From Blastocatellia bacterium (lineage in GTDB: Bacteria > Acidobacteriota > Blastocatellia > UBA7656), in NCBI GenBank assembly GCA_035248905.1, contig DATFGX010000010.1, positions 175,468-239,467 of the forward strand: a stretch of 64,000 nt of DNA, given 5' to 3'. How positions within the stretch are numbered: position 1 is the stretch's first letter; each line of letters starts with the position of its first letter. The notes under the pieces are model-generated. The model searched no databases and had not been told where the DNA came from. It was given only the letters and a program-made list of their open reading frames with translations. Made by a program: the position numbers and the translations under genes. Shown in pieces: positions 25,840-35,701 of this stretch.

Positions 25840-26740
25840 ACAGCGCGCGGTAGAGCGGCCTGGCAACGAGGATGACCACGATGGCGGTTGCCGCGCCGGC
25901 CAGAACATCGATGACGTAGTGATAACGCAGATACACGGTCGCCGCGATCAAAGCGCTACCGACGGGCAGCATCAACCAGAAGGTGCGACGATGAAAGCGA
26001 TGCGCAAAATACAAGACGAGCAGCGTCAGCTCGGTGTGGCCGCTCGGAAAGCAGTCGCGGGTGACGCCTTCGGCGCGGTCGAGGGTGTCGCGCAAGCCTT
26101 GAAACAACCAGACGCCGGTGAGCGGGATTGCCTGCGCCGCTTTGATCTCTGGCAGAAAGCGCGGCCCGGTCGCCGGCACCGTAATGTAGCCTAGATAACT
26201 AACATAAAATCCGAGCGCGACGACGAAGACCCAGAAGCGAAACGTCTCGAACTGCCGCTTGTGCCACAGCACCGCGCCGAGCATGATCGGCAGGAAGTAG
26301 TAAGTCGCGTAGGCCAGTTGTAAGACTTCGGTGAGCGCCGGCCAGTTGAAGCGTTCGAGCCACACGGTCGGATGCACGCCGAACAGCCGATGATCTATCG
26401 CCGCCAGCTCGACATCAAAATCGCGCGGGTGGACGAGCGGGATCAAGTACGTCAGCTCTTTGTAGGTCGCGGAGATCAGCGCCACCGGATACCAGCCGTG
26501 GATGAAACGGCTGAAGCGTGCGACGCGGAGAGGAGCCGCGCGATCCCATCTCGCGAGCAGCACGACGAGGCCGATGGCCAGCGCATGCGCGACGATGAGT
26601 TGCGGCCATGCGGGGATGCGAAAGCTGAACGCGACAATCAGCGCGGCGATGAGGGTGATGTAAGCGATGACGACTTTGTCAGCCGGATGAAGCAGCGGCT
26701 GATGGGTCGGGACGGACGTGTCTTCGCGTCCCGCCGTCAC
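25826..26740 (-). CDS. PAP2-superfamily integral membrane protein
   Basis: Multi-TM protein with the PAP2 motifs FPSGHT and RYHYVIDVLAG. The GTG start overlaps the epimerase stop (GTGA). Confidence 0.7.
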   Translation of the reverse strand: MTAGREDTSVPTHQPLLHPADKVVIAYITLIAALIVAFSFRIPAWPQLIVAHALAIGLVVLLARWDRAAPLRVARFSRFIHGWYPVALISATYKELTYLIPLVHPRDFDVELAAIDHRLFGVHPTVWLERFNWPALTEVLQLAYATYYFLPIMLGAVLWHKRQFETFRFWVFVVALGFYVSYLGYITVPATGPRFLPEIKAAQAIPLTGVWLFQGLRDTLDRAEGVTRDCFPSGHTELTLLVLYFAHRFHRRTFWLMLPVGSALIAATVYLRYHYVIDVLAGAATAIVVILVARPLYRALYAVD

Positions 26741-27738
26741 AGCCAGCCCTCGCGCTTGTACCAGTCTATCGTCTCGCGCAAGCCTTCTTCGATGGGAATC
26801 TGCGGTGTGTAACCTAGCTCACGTTTAGCGCGCTCGATGGAACAGCCCCAGCAGCGCTCCGACAGGTCGCGCACTTTATCGCGGTTGATGACCGGCGGCT
26901 TGCGCGTCAGCGCCGCGACGCCTTCGGCGGCGAGCGCCACGCCGAAGGCAAGCGGGCGCGGGATTGCCAGTTGCCGCGCGCGGCGGCCCATCATCTCGGC
27001 GATGCGCGCCGCAAGCTCGCTCATCGAATAGACCTCGTCGCTCGAAATGAAGTACGCGCGCCCCGTCGCGCGCTCGCTCTCGCCCGCCAGGATAATCCCC
27101 GCCGCCAGGTCGCGCGCATGCACCAGACTGACACGCTTGTCGTAGCGCCCGATCATCGGCATCATGCCGCGCCCGATGGCTTTGAACAGTTCGAGCAGCG
27201 CGTAATCGCGCGGGCCGTAGACCGCAGGCGGCCTGACGATGGTCGCCGGCAACAGGTCGCCGACGGCGCGCACCGCTTCTTCACCCATCAGCTTGCTCTG
27301 GCCATACGGGGTGATCGGCGCGGGCGGCGCGTCTTCGTCAATCGGCGTGCCGTCGCGCGCCGGGCCGATGGCCGCGAGCGAGCTGACGAGCACGAACTTC
27401 TTGATCTGCTCGCGGTGCTTGAGCGCCGCCCCCAGTATCCGTTCAGTGCCGCGCTGGTTGACTTCGAAGTAATCACGCGCCCGCCGCGCAAACGTCAGCC
27501 CGGCGACGTGATAGATGGTGTCTACGCCGGCGAGCGCCGCGTCCCAATCCGTTTCGTCGTCGAGGCCGCCGTAAGCGAATTCAATGCGCGGGTCTTTGAG
27601 GTAACGAAGATTACTTGAGCGGCGCACCAGGCAGCGCACCGTGCGCCCGCCTTCGAGCAGGCGGTCAACGACGTGGCTGCCGACGAAACCGGTCGCGCCC
27701 GTGACCAGGGCGACTGCTTGCTTGTTCGATTCCATCAT
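26737..27738 (-). CDS. NAD-dependent epimerase/dehydratase (SDR family)
   Basis: Rossmann motif VTGATGFVGSHVV and a YxxxK-type segment (PYGQSK). The start is taken at MMESNK. Confidence 0.85.
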   Translation of the reverse strand: MMESNKQAVALVTGATGFVGSHVVDRLLEGGRTVRCLVRRSSNLRYLKDPRIEFAYGGLDDETDWDAALAGVDTIYHVAGLTFARRARDYFEVNQRGTERILGAALKHREQIKKFVLVSSLAAIGPARDGTPIDEDAPPAPITPYGQSKLMGEEAVRAVGDLLPATIVRPPAVYGPRDYALLELFKAIGRGMMPMIGRYDKRVSLVHARDLAAGIILAGESERATGRAYFISSDEVYSMSELAARIAEMMGRRARQLAIPRPLAFGVALAAEGVAALTRKPPVINRDKVRDLSERCWGCSIERAKRELGYTPQIPIEEGLRETIDWYKREGWL

Positions 27739-27894
27739 TGGACGATTGCTTTCTTTCAGGTTGCTGGATGAGCCGCGAGTGATGATAGCAGACAACGGCG
27801 GCGGCGGGGAATGCGCCTGTGATAGGATTGAGGAACCTGAGCGCTCGCCCGGCGTTCACCCATCTAATCGCTCATGGATTTGCAAGGAGGCCAT

Positions 27895-28605
27895 ATGAAT
27901 CGCTTTCGCCTTTCTCTTGTCGTGATGGCGTTCGCCCTGGTGTTCTTGGTGGATGCCGACGGCCGCGCGCAATCGCCGGATCGCGCCCAACTGGAAAAAG
28001 AGATTCAATCATTGCGCGAACAGTTGCGGCAGAAAGAGCAAGAGTTTCTCGCGCCGTCGGCGGAAGACCGCGCGGCGTTTGCCGAGTTTCTGAGCCAGCC
28101 CAACACCGGCCTGGTTCGCTTGCTGCCGCGCGAGAAGTATGACGGCAAGCTGACGGCGCACGGCGGCGGCGCCTATTATTCGTTTAGCTTGCTGAAGCAC
28201 GAATATGACAATGGCTCTGACATCGAATTGCAACAAAACGAACTCAGCGTCGGCTTTGCCGGGGCGAACTGGGGATATCTCGCGAAGCTCGGTGATGTGC
28301 CGCTGGAGACCGTCGGCCTCGATCACTTTGCCGTCCAGTTCCTGGCAACGCTTGAAGTGCCGTCGCGAGAGTTGGGGGCGCGAGAGCAACAACGGCTCAG
28401 CGGGTCAGGCGTGACAGTCAATGCGGCGAGGTATGCTCGCAGGGGTCCCGCGCTGGTCAACACAACCTATGTTTTGCGTTCAATCAATTATCACACCTCA
28501 GACGTGCTGGTGGCGTTCCGCATTGTCCGGCAGGATGCCGACGGCAGCATGACGCTGCTCTGGAAAAAGCTGAAGGAGTTTCCTCAGCCCGCGCTCAAGC
28601 CATAA
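27895..28605 (+). CDS. Hypothetical secreted protein
   Basis: ATG is preceded by AAGGAGG (27884-27890). Signal peptide MNRFRLSLVVMAFALVFLVDADG, then a short coiled-coil. No recognisable domain. Confidence 0.55.
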   Translation: MNRFRLSLVVMAFALVFLVDADGRAQSPDRAQLEKEIQSLREQLRQKEQEFLAPSAEDRAAFAEFLSQPNTGLVRLLPREKYDGKLTAHGGGAYYSFSLLKHEYDNGSDIELQQNELSVGFAGANWGYLAKLGDVPLETVGLDHFAVQFLATLEVPSRELGAREQQRLSGSGVTVNAARYARRGPALVNTTYVLRSINYHTSDVLVAFRIVRQDADGSMTLLWKKLKEFPQPALKP

Positions 28606-28661
28606 ACGAATGGAGGCCGATTTACTCAACCATTCATCAATTGCGAATCGGCCTCGCCTTC

Positions 28662-29942
28662 CTACTTGCCGCCGGCGTGGCGGTCGAGATAATCGAGCAG
28701 CACGTTCGCCATCACCTTGACGCCGACGACCAGCGACTCTTCGTCGACATCGAACTCGGCGGTGTGCCACGCGGCGGTGATGCCGCGGGCCTTATTGCCG
28801 ACGCCGAGGAAGTAAAAGAAGCCGGGGACGATCTTTTGATACTCCGAGAAATCTTCCGCCGGCATGAACGGCTTCGGCGCGATCAGGTTCTTGTCGCCGA
28901 CGATGCGGCGCATGGTCGGCAAGGTCTCTTCGACCAGGCGCGGGTCGTTGTAGGTCACAGGGTTCGAGCCATCGAATTTCAGATCGAAGCTCGCGCCGTA
29001 AGCCGCCGTGACGTTCTGCAAGGTCTCGCGCATCAACTGCTGGGCGCGCTGGCGCACCTCTTCGCTGAAGGTGCGCATGGTGCCGGTCATCTGCACTTCG
29101 TCGGCGATGATGTTGTTGCGGTCGCCGCCTTTGATCGTGCCGATGGTGATGACCAGCGGTTCGAGCGGATCGATGCGGCGGCTGTGAATCGTCTGCAAAG
29201 CGGTGACGCACTCGGCGGCGACGACGATGGCGTCAACGCCCATCTGCGGCTGCGCGCCGTGCGACTTCTTGCCGCGAACCGTGATCGAGATGCGATCCGA
29301 AGAGGCCATCGCCGGGCCGCTGTGATAAGCGATCTGCCCGGCTTCGATCAAGGGGTTCGTGTGCAGGCCGAAGATGACCTGCGGGCGCGGATTTTCTAAA
29401 GCGCCTTCTTTGATCATCAACTTTGCGCCGCCTTCTTCGCCGGGCGGGGCGCCTTCTTCGGCGGGCTGAAAGATGAACTTGATGGAGCCGCTGATCCGGT
29501 CGCGCATCTTCGACAGGACTTCGGCGACGCCAAGCTCGACCGTCATGTGCACGTCGTGACCGCAGGCGTGTTTAACGCCGGGGTTCTGCGATTTGTACGG
29601 CACGTCCATTGTCTCTTGAATCGGCAGCGCATCCATGTCCGTGCGCACGGCGATGATCGGGCCGGGCTTTGCGCCCTTGAGCAGCGCGACGATGCCGTGA
29701 TGCGCGACGTTGGTTCTGACTTCATCAAAGCCGAGGGCGCGCAAGCGTTCGGCGACGACGCGCGCCGTGCGCTCTTCGCGGTTTGAGAGTTCCGGGTGCA
29801 TATGAAAATCGCGGCGGCACTCGACGAGCCGCGCGCGCAAGCCTTCGGCGGCCTGGGCGATCTGCTGATCGCGCGACGCGGCTTGCGGCGCTGCCGGCGC
29901 GGCAAGCAACAGGATCATGGCGATGACTAAAGTCAGCTTCAT
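28662..29942 (-). CDS. M20D-family amidohydrolase (aminoacylase/hippurate hydrolase-like), secreted
   Basis: HACGHDVH metal-binding motif, FIFQPAEEG, and signal peptide MKLTLVIAMILLLAAPAAPQA. Confidence 0.85.
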   Translation of the reverse strand: MKLTLVIAMILLLAAPAAPQAASRDQQIAQAAEGLRARLVECRRDFHMHPELSNREERTARVVAERLRALGFDEVRTNVAHHGIVALLKGAKPGPIIAVRTDMDALPIQETMDVPYKSQNPGVKHACGHDVHMTVELGVAEVLSKMRDRISGSIKFIFQPAEEGAPPGEEGGAKLMIKEGALENPRPQVIFGLHTNPLIEAGQIAYHSGPAMASSDRISITVRGKKSHGAQPQMGVDAIVVAAECVTALQTIHSRRIDPLEPLVITIGTIKGGDRNNIIADEVQMTGTMRTFSEEVRQRAQQLMRETLQNVTAAYGASFDLKFDGSNPVTYNDPRLVEETLPTMRRIVGDKNLIAPKPFMPAEDFSEYQKIVPGFFYFLGVGNKARGITAAWHTAEFDVDEESLVVGVKVMANVLLDYLDRHAGGK

Positions 29943-30022
29943 CAGTTTTCTCCGGTGAATTGCAAGCGAGCGATTGACGAGCAAAGGCAGGATAGGAGTT
30001 GCGTCGCCGGTTGGTCAAGCGG

Positions 30023-30664
30023 CTACCAGCCGAAGCGCGAGAAGTAGAAGGCGTAAAAGACCACCCAGACCGCCGCCAGCACCGCCCATTCAACAGCGGC
30101 GCGGTGGCCGGTCAGCGGTTCGATCAGCCGGGCGATCAAGCGCGTCACGACGGCGCTCAGTGCGAAACGAACCCAGCGCGCAGGGATCGAGATCAACAAG
30201 AAAGTGAACAGCGCGCCGCCGCGCTGGCCCCACTCGACGGCGTAGATTTTATACGGGATGCCTTTGAGCGGGCCGAACAGCACGGCGACCAGACCCAGCT
30301 CGTCCACCTGCCCGGCGACGCGTTCGAGCAGGTGCGCGTTGATTCCCGGAATGTGCAACAGGAAAGCATGCATGGCTTCGGGCGAGGCGTGCGCCAGAGC
30401 CACCATCAGCGCGCCGCCGGCGAGCGCGCCGGCGAGCGCCGCAAGCGACGCCTTGATCGCAGCAGTGAGCGAGCGCGTGGCGATCCAGGTCAGCAGCACG
30501 TCGGGCACGATGAAAAAGAAGGCCGCTTCGCCGAGTCCCCAGGCGCAGGCCAGCGCCAACACCAGAGGCCCCGCGACCAGACGGTCGAAGCGTCCGCCGC
30601 GCGTACCTTCGTCGGTTGCTTGAGTAGGTTCAGAGGCGGAAGCGTTCGTGGTGGAGGGCGTCAT
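30023..30664 (-). CDS. Hypothetical integral membrane protein
   Basis: 213 aa with 4-5 hydrophobic segments. No motif recognised. Coding is inferred from ORF length and its fit between neighbouring genes. Confidence 0.5.
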   Translation of the reverse strand: MTPSTTNASASEPTQATDEGTRGGRFDRLVAGPLVLALACAWGLGEAAFFFIVPDVLLTWIATRSLTAAIKASLAALAGALAGGALMVALAHASPEAMHAFLLHIPGINAHLLERVAGQVDELGLVAVLFGPLKGIPYKIYAVEWGQRGGALFTFLLISIPARWVRFALSAVVTRLIARLIEPLTGHRAAVEWAVLAAVWVVFYAFYFSRFGW

Positions 30665-30676
30665 GCGCGCATGACT

Positions 30677-31579
30677 TTAACAGATTTTCTGATCCAGGAA
30701 TATCGTGTCGTAGACGCCGGCGGTCGCGAAGCCGTTGCGACAATAAAAATCCTGCGCACTGCGGCGGCTCTCGTTCACCAGCACGCAGATGGCGCGGCTG
30801 TGCGTCAATAATTCGCCGGTCAGTTGTGACAGGCAGCGTTTGCCGTAGCCTTTGCCGCGCTCCGTGGCGTTCACCCAGACGCCTTCGAGGTAGATGAGTT
30901 CGGGCGTATCGCTGAACACATCGGATTTGAAGATCAGCCGCCCGCCTTCGATCAAGACCCAGGTCTGACGGTTCTCGATGCGTCGCAGACAGCGGCTGCG
31001 AAAGGCTTCGGCATCTTTACGCAAAGGGTTGTCGCCGCACTCTTCAAACACCATCTGCGCATGCACGGGGACGATCAGCTCAAGGTCGTCGGGCCTCGCC
31101 AGCCGCAGCCCCGCGACCGGCGCGCGCGCCGCGCTCGGCCAGCGTTGTTCTAACATCAACTGACGGCAGAAGAGCCGCGCCTCCGCGCCGCCCGGCGCGT
31201 AGTAGGACCAGAAGGTCTGCACGTCTTCATGATCGCCGAGCAGCATGTAAACCGCCGGGCACTGCTGCGCCAGGCGCGCGAAGGCCGCGATCACGGCTTC
31301 GTTGCGCGCTTCAAATAACAGGTGATGACCGATCAGCGCCACGCCTTGCAACTCGCCGCGCGCGTCGCGGCAGGCGTAAAACGTGCCGCGATTGTGCGCG
31401 CTGATCAGGCCGTTGCCGTGAATGAAACCGAGCAGGCCGAAGGTGCGGTCAGGTCGCTGGCTGAGGAAGCGGATGACTTCAGCCTGCTCAGTGGCGGCCA
31501 GCTTGCTGACGCGCAGCGTCGCGTCGCCCGCCGGCGTTTGCAACAGCCTGTTTTCTTTGAACTGAAACTGCGTACGCAT
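30677..31579 (-). CDS. GNAT-family N-acetyltransferase (two-domain)
   Basis: The C-terminal half carries an acetyl-CoA-binding-type segment, VNATERGKGYGKRCLSQL. Confidence 0.65.
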   Translation of the reverse strand: MRTQFQFKENRLLQTPAGDATLRVSKLAATEQAEVIRFLSQRPDRTFGLLGFIHGNGLISAHNRGTFYACRDARGELQGVALIGHHLLFEARNEAVIAAFARLAQQCPAVYMLLGDHEDVQTFWSYYAPGGAEARLFCRQLMLEQRWPSAARAPVAGLRLARPDDLELIVPVHAQMVFEECGDNPLRKDAEAFRSRCLRRIENRQTWVLIEGGRLIFKSDVFSDTPELIYLEGVWVNATERGKGYGKRCLSQLTGELLTHSRAICVLVNESRRSAQDFYCRNGFATAGVYDTIFLDQKIC

Positions 31580-31665
31580 GATTGACCAATGCCCTGGGCT
31601 ATCGAAACTGAACGGCGGCGCGGCCAGATCGCCTGAGGTGACGGGCCGCCCCGACTTGCAGCAGA

Positions 31666-33855
31666 TTACCTGGACGGCGTCTTCGCGCCGGCGGCATTCG
31701 AATAGCCGCTGTTGCCGCTGCCGTTGTAGGCACGCACGCGATAGATGTAAGTCGTGTTGGCGCTCAAGCCTGTGCTCGAATACGTAGTGACGTTGGCGCC
31801 GACCGTGGCGATTTGCGTGTAACCCGCGCCGTTGGTCGAGCGCTCGATTTTGTAGCCCGTCTCGTTGACGCTATTGTCAGCCCACGAGAGATTGATCTGA
31901 CTCATGGAAGCGGCGCGCGCCACCAGGCCCGTCGGATAGACCGGCAGCGGCTCCGTTACGGCATGCATGCATGTCGTGTTGTCGCCGAGCCGTGCCGCTA
32001 ATGCCGACTGGCTCGTCGAGGTCGAAGACATGATCACCGAATCCGACAGCAGCGTGCCGTCGGCCAGCAAGCAGCCATCGGCCAGCAGGCAGCCATCGGC
32101 GAGCAGCGCGCCGTTCGTCAGTAAGACGCCATCGGCGAGCAAAGCGCCGTCGGCCAGCAGTGCGCCATTGCTGAACAACACGCCATTCGACAGCAGCGTG
32201 CCGTCGGCCAGCAGCACGCCGTTGCTGAACAGCACGCCGTCCGAGAGCAACACGCCAGAGCCGTAGACGTTCTGGTACTGCGTGATCAGCGGGCTGCCGT
32301 AGACGAAGTCCCACTTTTGGATGATGCCGCCGCCCCACGGAAAATTCGCGCCGGCGATGGTCGTCGTCGGCGTTGGCGCCGCGCAGGTCGAACAGAGCAG
32401 CGGTGAGCCGAGCGTGCAGGCGGTGAGGTCTGTGCGGATCAGGCCGGCGAGCCGCGCCGCGCCTTCGACGTTGACCAGCCCCGCACCCTGCTCGTAGGTG
32501 TTGAAGTTGGCCAGCGGGTCGGCGGTGTATTCGAGGATGGCTTTGACGAGGTTCGGCGTCAACTGCGGCGCGCGCTGCACGAGCAAGGCGGCAGCGCCGG
32601 CGACCACCGGCGTCGCCATCGAAGTGCCGCTCAGGTACATCTGCTTTTGCCGCCAGTTGGTGCTGACGTTGGCGTCGAGCGAGGGATTGGCGGTCACCAG
32701 GTGGTTGTCGTGCGCTTCTGCTTCGATGAGCTTGTTACCCGGGGCAATGAGATCGGGCTTGAGCAAGTCATCATAATGGTTCGTGCCACTATCATCCGTG
32801 TAGTAGCCGCGCGTCGGGCCGCGCGAGCTGTAGGTCGTCACCACGTCGTCCGTGCGCGCGTCCGTGCCGAAGGTGTTGGCCGCGCCGACGGTGATGGCCG
32901 ACGGCTCCATGCCGGGCGACTCGATGCTGCCATACAGCTTGTTGCCGTAATCGTCTTTGCCCGTGTTGCCGGCGGCGACACAGGCGACGATGCCCGCGTC
33001 AACGGCGCGGCGCACCGCCTGGCACAGCGGGTCTTGCGCGTAGGTGGCGACGGCGGTCGCGCCGAGGCTGAGATTCATCACGCGGATGTTGTAAGCCGCG
33101 CGGTTCGAGATGCACCAGTCAATGCCGTTGATCACGTCGGTGGTGCGCCCCTGCCCCTGCGAATTGAGCACGCGGACGTTGAGGAGGTTGGCGTTGGGCG
33201 CTATGCCTGTGTAAGCGCCTTGCGACACCGAGCCGTTGCCGGCTGCCGTCGAGGCGACGTGCGTGCCGTGACCGTAAGGATCGTCGAAGCGGCCTTCGCC
33301 GGTGAAGTCAACCTGCGCGACGATGCGCGAGTTGTATAGCGCGTCGCCGAACGCGACGTGTCCTGAGTCAATGCCTGTGTCGAGGATGGCGATGCCGACG
33401 CCCGTGCCATCGAGTGCGCCGGTCTGCGCCGTGCCATAGTTGCGCGCCTGGTCTGTGCCGGTCGTCGTCTCAAGGTGCCCCTTCGCCTGTGCCATGCGGT
33501 CGTAGGCGATGAAGCTGATGTCCGAGCGCGCGGCGATGGCTTGCAGAACACCGAGCGGCAGCGTCGCCGCCAACATATTGAAGTTCGCGAACTGCTTGCG
33601 GATCGTGCCGCCGTTGTTGGCGATGTTCTGCTTGAGGTTGGTCGACGGCGCGCTCGGCGTGCGGATAATCACCGGCACTTGATTGTTGTTGCTCTCGTAT
33701 CTGGCCCAGTCACCATTGACCAGATCGCTGGCGAGCTTGGGGTTGCTGGAGCCACCGGAAGCATGGACGGTGCCCGTCAGCCGCGGCGTCAGGAAGCCGG
33801 CGGTGAGCAATAATGAGATGGCCGTGATATTTAATAGTGCCAGGAATTGTTTCAT
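31666..33855 (-). CDS. Secreted S8 (subtilisin-family) serine peptidase with a hexapeptide-repeat insert and a C-terminal FN3-like domain
   Basis: Catalytic triad motifs DTGIDSGH, HGTHVAS and GTSMATP. Signal peptide present. The C-terminus has an FN3-like signature, LSWADNSVNETGYKIERS...YRVRAYN. Confidence 0.9.
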   Translation of the reverse strand: MKQFLALLNITAISLLLTAGFLTPRLTGTVHASGGSSNPKLASDLVNGDWARYESNNNQVPVIIRTPSAPSTNLKQNIANNGGTIRKQFANFNMLAATLPLGVLQAIAARSDISFIAYDRMAQAKGHLETTTGTDQARNYGTAQTGALDGTGVGIAILDTGIDSGHVAFGDALYNSRIVAQVDFTGEGRFDDPYGHGTHVASTAAGNGSVSQGAYTGIAPNANLLNVRVLNSQGQGRTTDVINGIDWCISNRAAYNIRVMNLSLGATAVATYAQDPLCQAVRRAVDAGIVACVAAGNTGKDDYGNKLYGSIESPGMEPSAITVGAANTFGTDARTDDVVTTYSSRGPTRGYYTDDSGTNHYDDLLKPDLIAPGNKLIEAEAHDNHLVTANPSLDANVSTNWRQKQMYLSGTSMATPVVAGAAALLVQRAPQLTPNLVKAILEYTADPLANFNTYEQGAGLVNVEGAARLAGLIRTDLTACTLGSPLLCSTCAAPTPTTTIAGANFPWGGGIIQKWDFVYGSPLITQYQNVYGSGVLLSDGVLFSNGVLLADGTLLSNGVLFSNGALLADGALLADGVLLTNGALLADGCLLADGCLLADGTLLSDSVIMSSTSTSQSALAARLGDNTTCMHAVTEPLPVYPTGLVARAASMSQINLSWADNSVNETGYKIERSTNGAGYTQIATVGANVTTYSSTGLSANTTYIYRVRAYNGSGNSGYSNAAGAKTPSR
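32041..32256 (-). repeat. 12 tandem 18-nt repeats encoding the hexapeptide G-x-L-[LF]-x-[DN] inside the S8 peptidase
   Basis: Encodes GVLLSD GVLFSN GVLLAD GTLLSN GVLFSN GALLAD GALLAD GVLLTN GALLAD GCLLAD GCLLAD GTLLSD. That is exactly 216 nt. Confidence 0.9.
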
Positions 33856-34054
33856 CAGTAGACTTTATTGTGCTGCTGTCTGGTCGCCCAACGACATTGA
33901 GACCAACGCTCGACACCCCTCTGTTCAAATGCCGTGCCGCGCGGCAAAGCGTTGTATTGTCTGATCGCAGAACTTTACAGACAGAGCGAAGGTCAGCATG
34001 ACGATAAGGCGTCTGGCTGTTCGGTCAAAATGATGGAGAGATGCCGGCGGCGGT

Positions 34055-34729
34055 TTACGCCTCTTTCAGTGCGCGCACCGCGTCTTCGAGTGTGTGGACG
34101 ATCTGTTGCCGCGGGCCGCTCAAGTGTAATGGTTCGCCGAGGCGAATCTCGCAGAAGAAAGGCACGGGAATGATCTCGCCTTTCGGCAGGCTGCGGCCCA
34201 TGTTGGCCAGGTAAGCCGGCACCACCGGCACGTCTGGGAGCTTCCTGACCAGGTGCGCGATGCCCGAGCGGAACGGGCCGATGTCGTCACCGCTGCCGCG
34301 CGTGCCTTCGGGGAAGAGGATCAGCGAATGGCCTGCGGCGAGCGCCTGCTGCATGCGTTCGATGGGATTGTTCTCGGCCGTGATGCCGCGGCGCGCGATG
34401 GGCAGGATGTTAAAGAACGTTTTGCTGAGCAACGAGACAAAGCGATTGCGCTCGAAATAGTCGGCGGCGGCGACAGGCCGGATCGAGCGCAGCCGCGTCA
34501 AAGGGAAGAGCGACAGCAGCGAGACGGTGTCGAGGTGGCTCGAATGATTGGCGACGAGGATGAACTGCCCATCGCGCGGCAGGTGCTCGCGCCCGCGCAC
34601 GCGCAGGCCGATGAACAAGGTCATGAACGGCTTGACCAGCAGCGCGAACAAGACGACCTGCACGATGTCGCGCGCCGTCCACCGGCGCGAGGGCGACGTC
34701 TCTGGTTGGCTTGCCGTGCCGCTCGACAT
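34055..34729 (-). CDS. plsC: 1-acyl-sn-glycerol-3-phosphate acyltransferase-like
   Basis: Acyltransferase motifs NHSSHLD (HxxxxD) and FPEGTRG. Confidence 0.85.
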   Translation of the reverse strand: MSSGTASQPETSPSRRWTARDIVQVVLFALLVKPFMTLFIGLRVRGREHLPRDGQFILVANHSSHLDTVSLLSLFPLTRLRSIRPVAAADYFERNRFVSLLSKTFFNILPIARRGITAENNPIERMQQALAAGHSLILFPEGTRGSGDDIGPFRSGIAHLVRKLPDVPVVPAYLANMGRSLPKGEIIPVPFFCEIRLGEPLHLSGPRQQIVHTLEDAVRALKEA

Positions 34730-34743
34730 AACTCGCTGGTCGT

Positions 34744-35697
34744 TTAACCCCAGTAATGAAAATAGCGCACGTAGTGAAAGAAGAACGGCGCGGCGTAGCA
34801 GAGCGAATCCACGCGGTCGAGCATGCCGCCGTGACCGGGTATGGCCGCGCCGAAATCTTTGACGCCAAAGTCGCGCTTGACGGCGCTCATCACCGCGCCG
34901 CCGCAGAAGCCCGCCACGGTGATGATCAGCGACACGAGCAACGTCTCCCGCACCGTGAACGGCGTCAGGAAGCGAATCAACAGACTCAAGCCCATGGCCG
35001 ACAGCACGCCGCCGATGAAGCCTTCCCAGGTCTTGTTCGGGCTGATGGCCGGGATGATCTTGTGGCGGCCCAGGGTCTTGCCCCAGACGTATTGCAGCAC
35101 GTCGCTCATCTCGACGACGAAGACCAGAAACAAGACGAGCATACGCCCGTTGACCGGCGTGTCATCGATCTGCGGCACGGTCAGCAGGAAGGCCATGTGG
35201 CTGAGGCCGAAGACGAAGATCATCAACCCCCATTGAATCTGCGACGCCGAGGCGACAAAGCCGCTCGTCTCTTTCGCGAGCACCAGGCGCACAGGCAGCA
35301 TCAACATCATGTAAACCGGGATGAAGACGATGAACATGCCATACCAACCAATGCCGACCCAGAGGTATTGCACGGGGATGGCCAGGAACGTAAAGACCAA
35401 GGCGTGATGATCTGCCGGGCGCGTCTTGAGCAGCGTGACATATTCTTTCATCGCCCAGAAACTCATGAAGGCGAAGAAGACCAGCGACAGCCGGTTGCTG
35501 ACGACGATGGCGGCAAAGAAGACCGCCGCCATCACCCACCAGGCGCGGACGCGCGCCGCAAGCTCTGTGAAGTCTGCCTGCGGGCGCGCACGCCTGAGCG
35601 CCGCGACCGCCACCGAAGCCACGACCAGCACGCCCAGCACGAGCAGGCCCATCTGCGTCACCGGCGAGAGGCTTTTGATCGTCGCCGCAAGGTTCAT
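34744..35697 (-). CDS. cdsA: Phosphatidate cytidylyltransferase
   Basis: CdsA signature SAVKRDFGVKDFGAAIPGHGGMLDRVDS in a multi-TM protein. Confidence 0.9.
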   Translation of the reverse strand: MNLAATIKSLSPVTQMGLLVLGVLVVASVAVAALRRARPQADFTELAARVRAWWVMAAVFFAAIVVSNRLSLVFFAFMSFWAMKEYVTLLKTRPADHHALVFTFLAIPVQYLWVGIGWYGMFIVFIPVYMMLMLPVRLVLAKETSGFVASASQIQWGLMIFVFGLSHMAFLLTVPQIDDTPVNGRMLVLFLVFVVEMSDVLQYVWGKTLGRHKIIPAISPNKTWEGFIGGVLSAMGLSLLIRFLTPFTVRETLLVSLIITVAGFCGGAVMSAVKRDFGVKDFGAAIPGHGGMLDRVDSLCYAAPFFFHYVRYFHYWG

Positions 35698-35701
35698 CCG
35701 T

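Noticed and set aside
28613-28655. 9-bp inverted repeat (gaggccgat / atcggcctc) between convergent genes, as a possible terminator.
   Set aside because: The loop is 25 nt and there is no T tract on either strand, so it is too weak to report as a feature.
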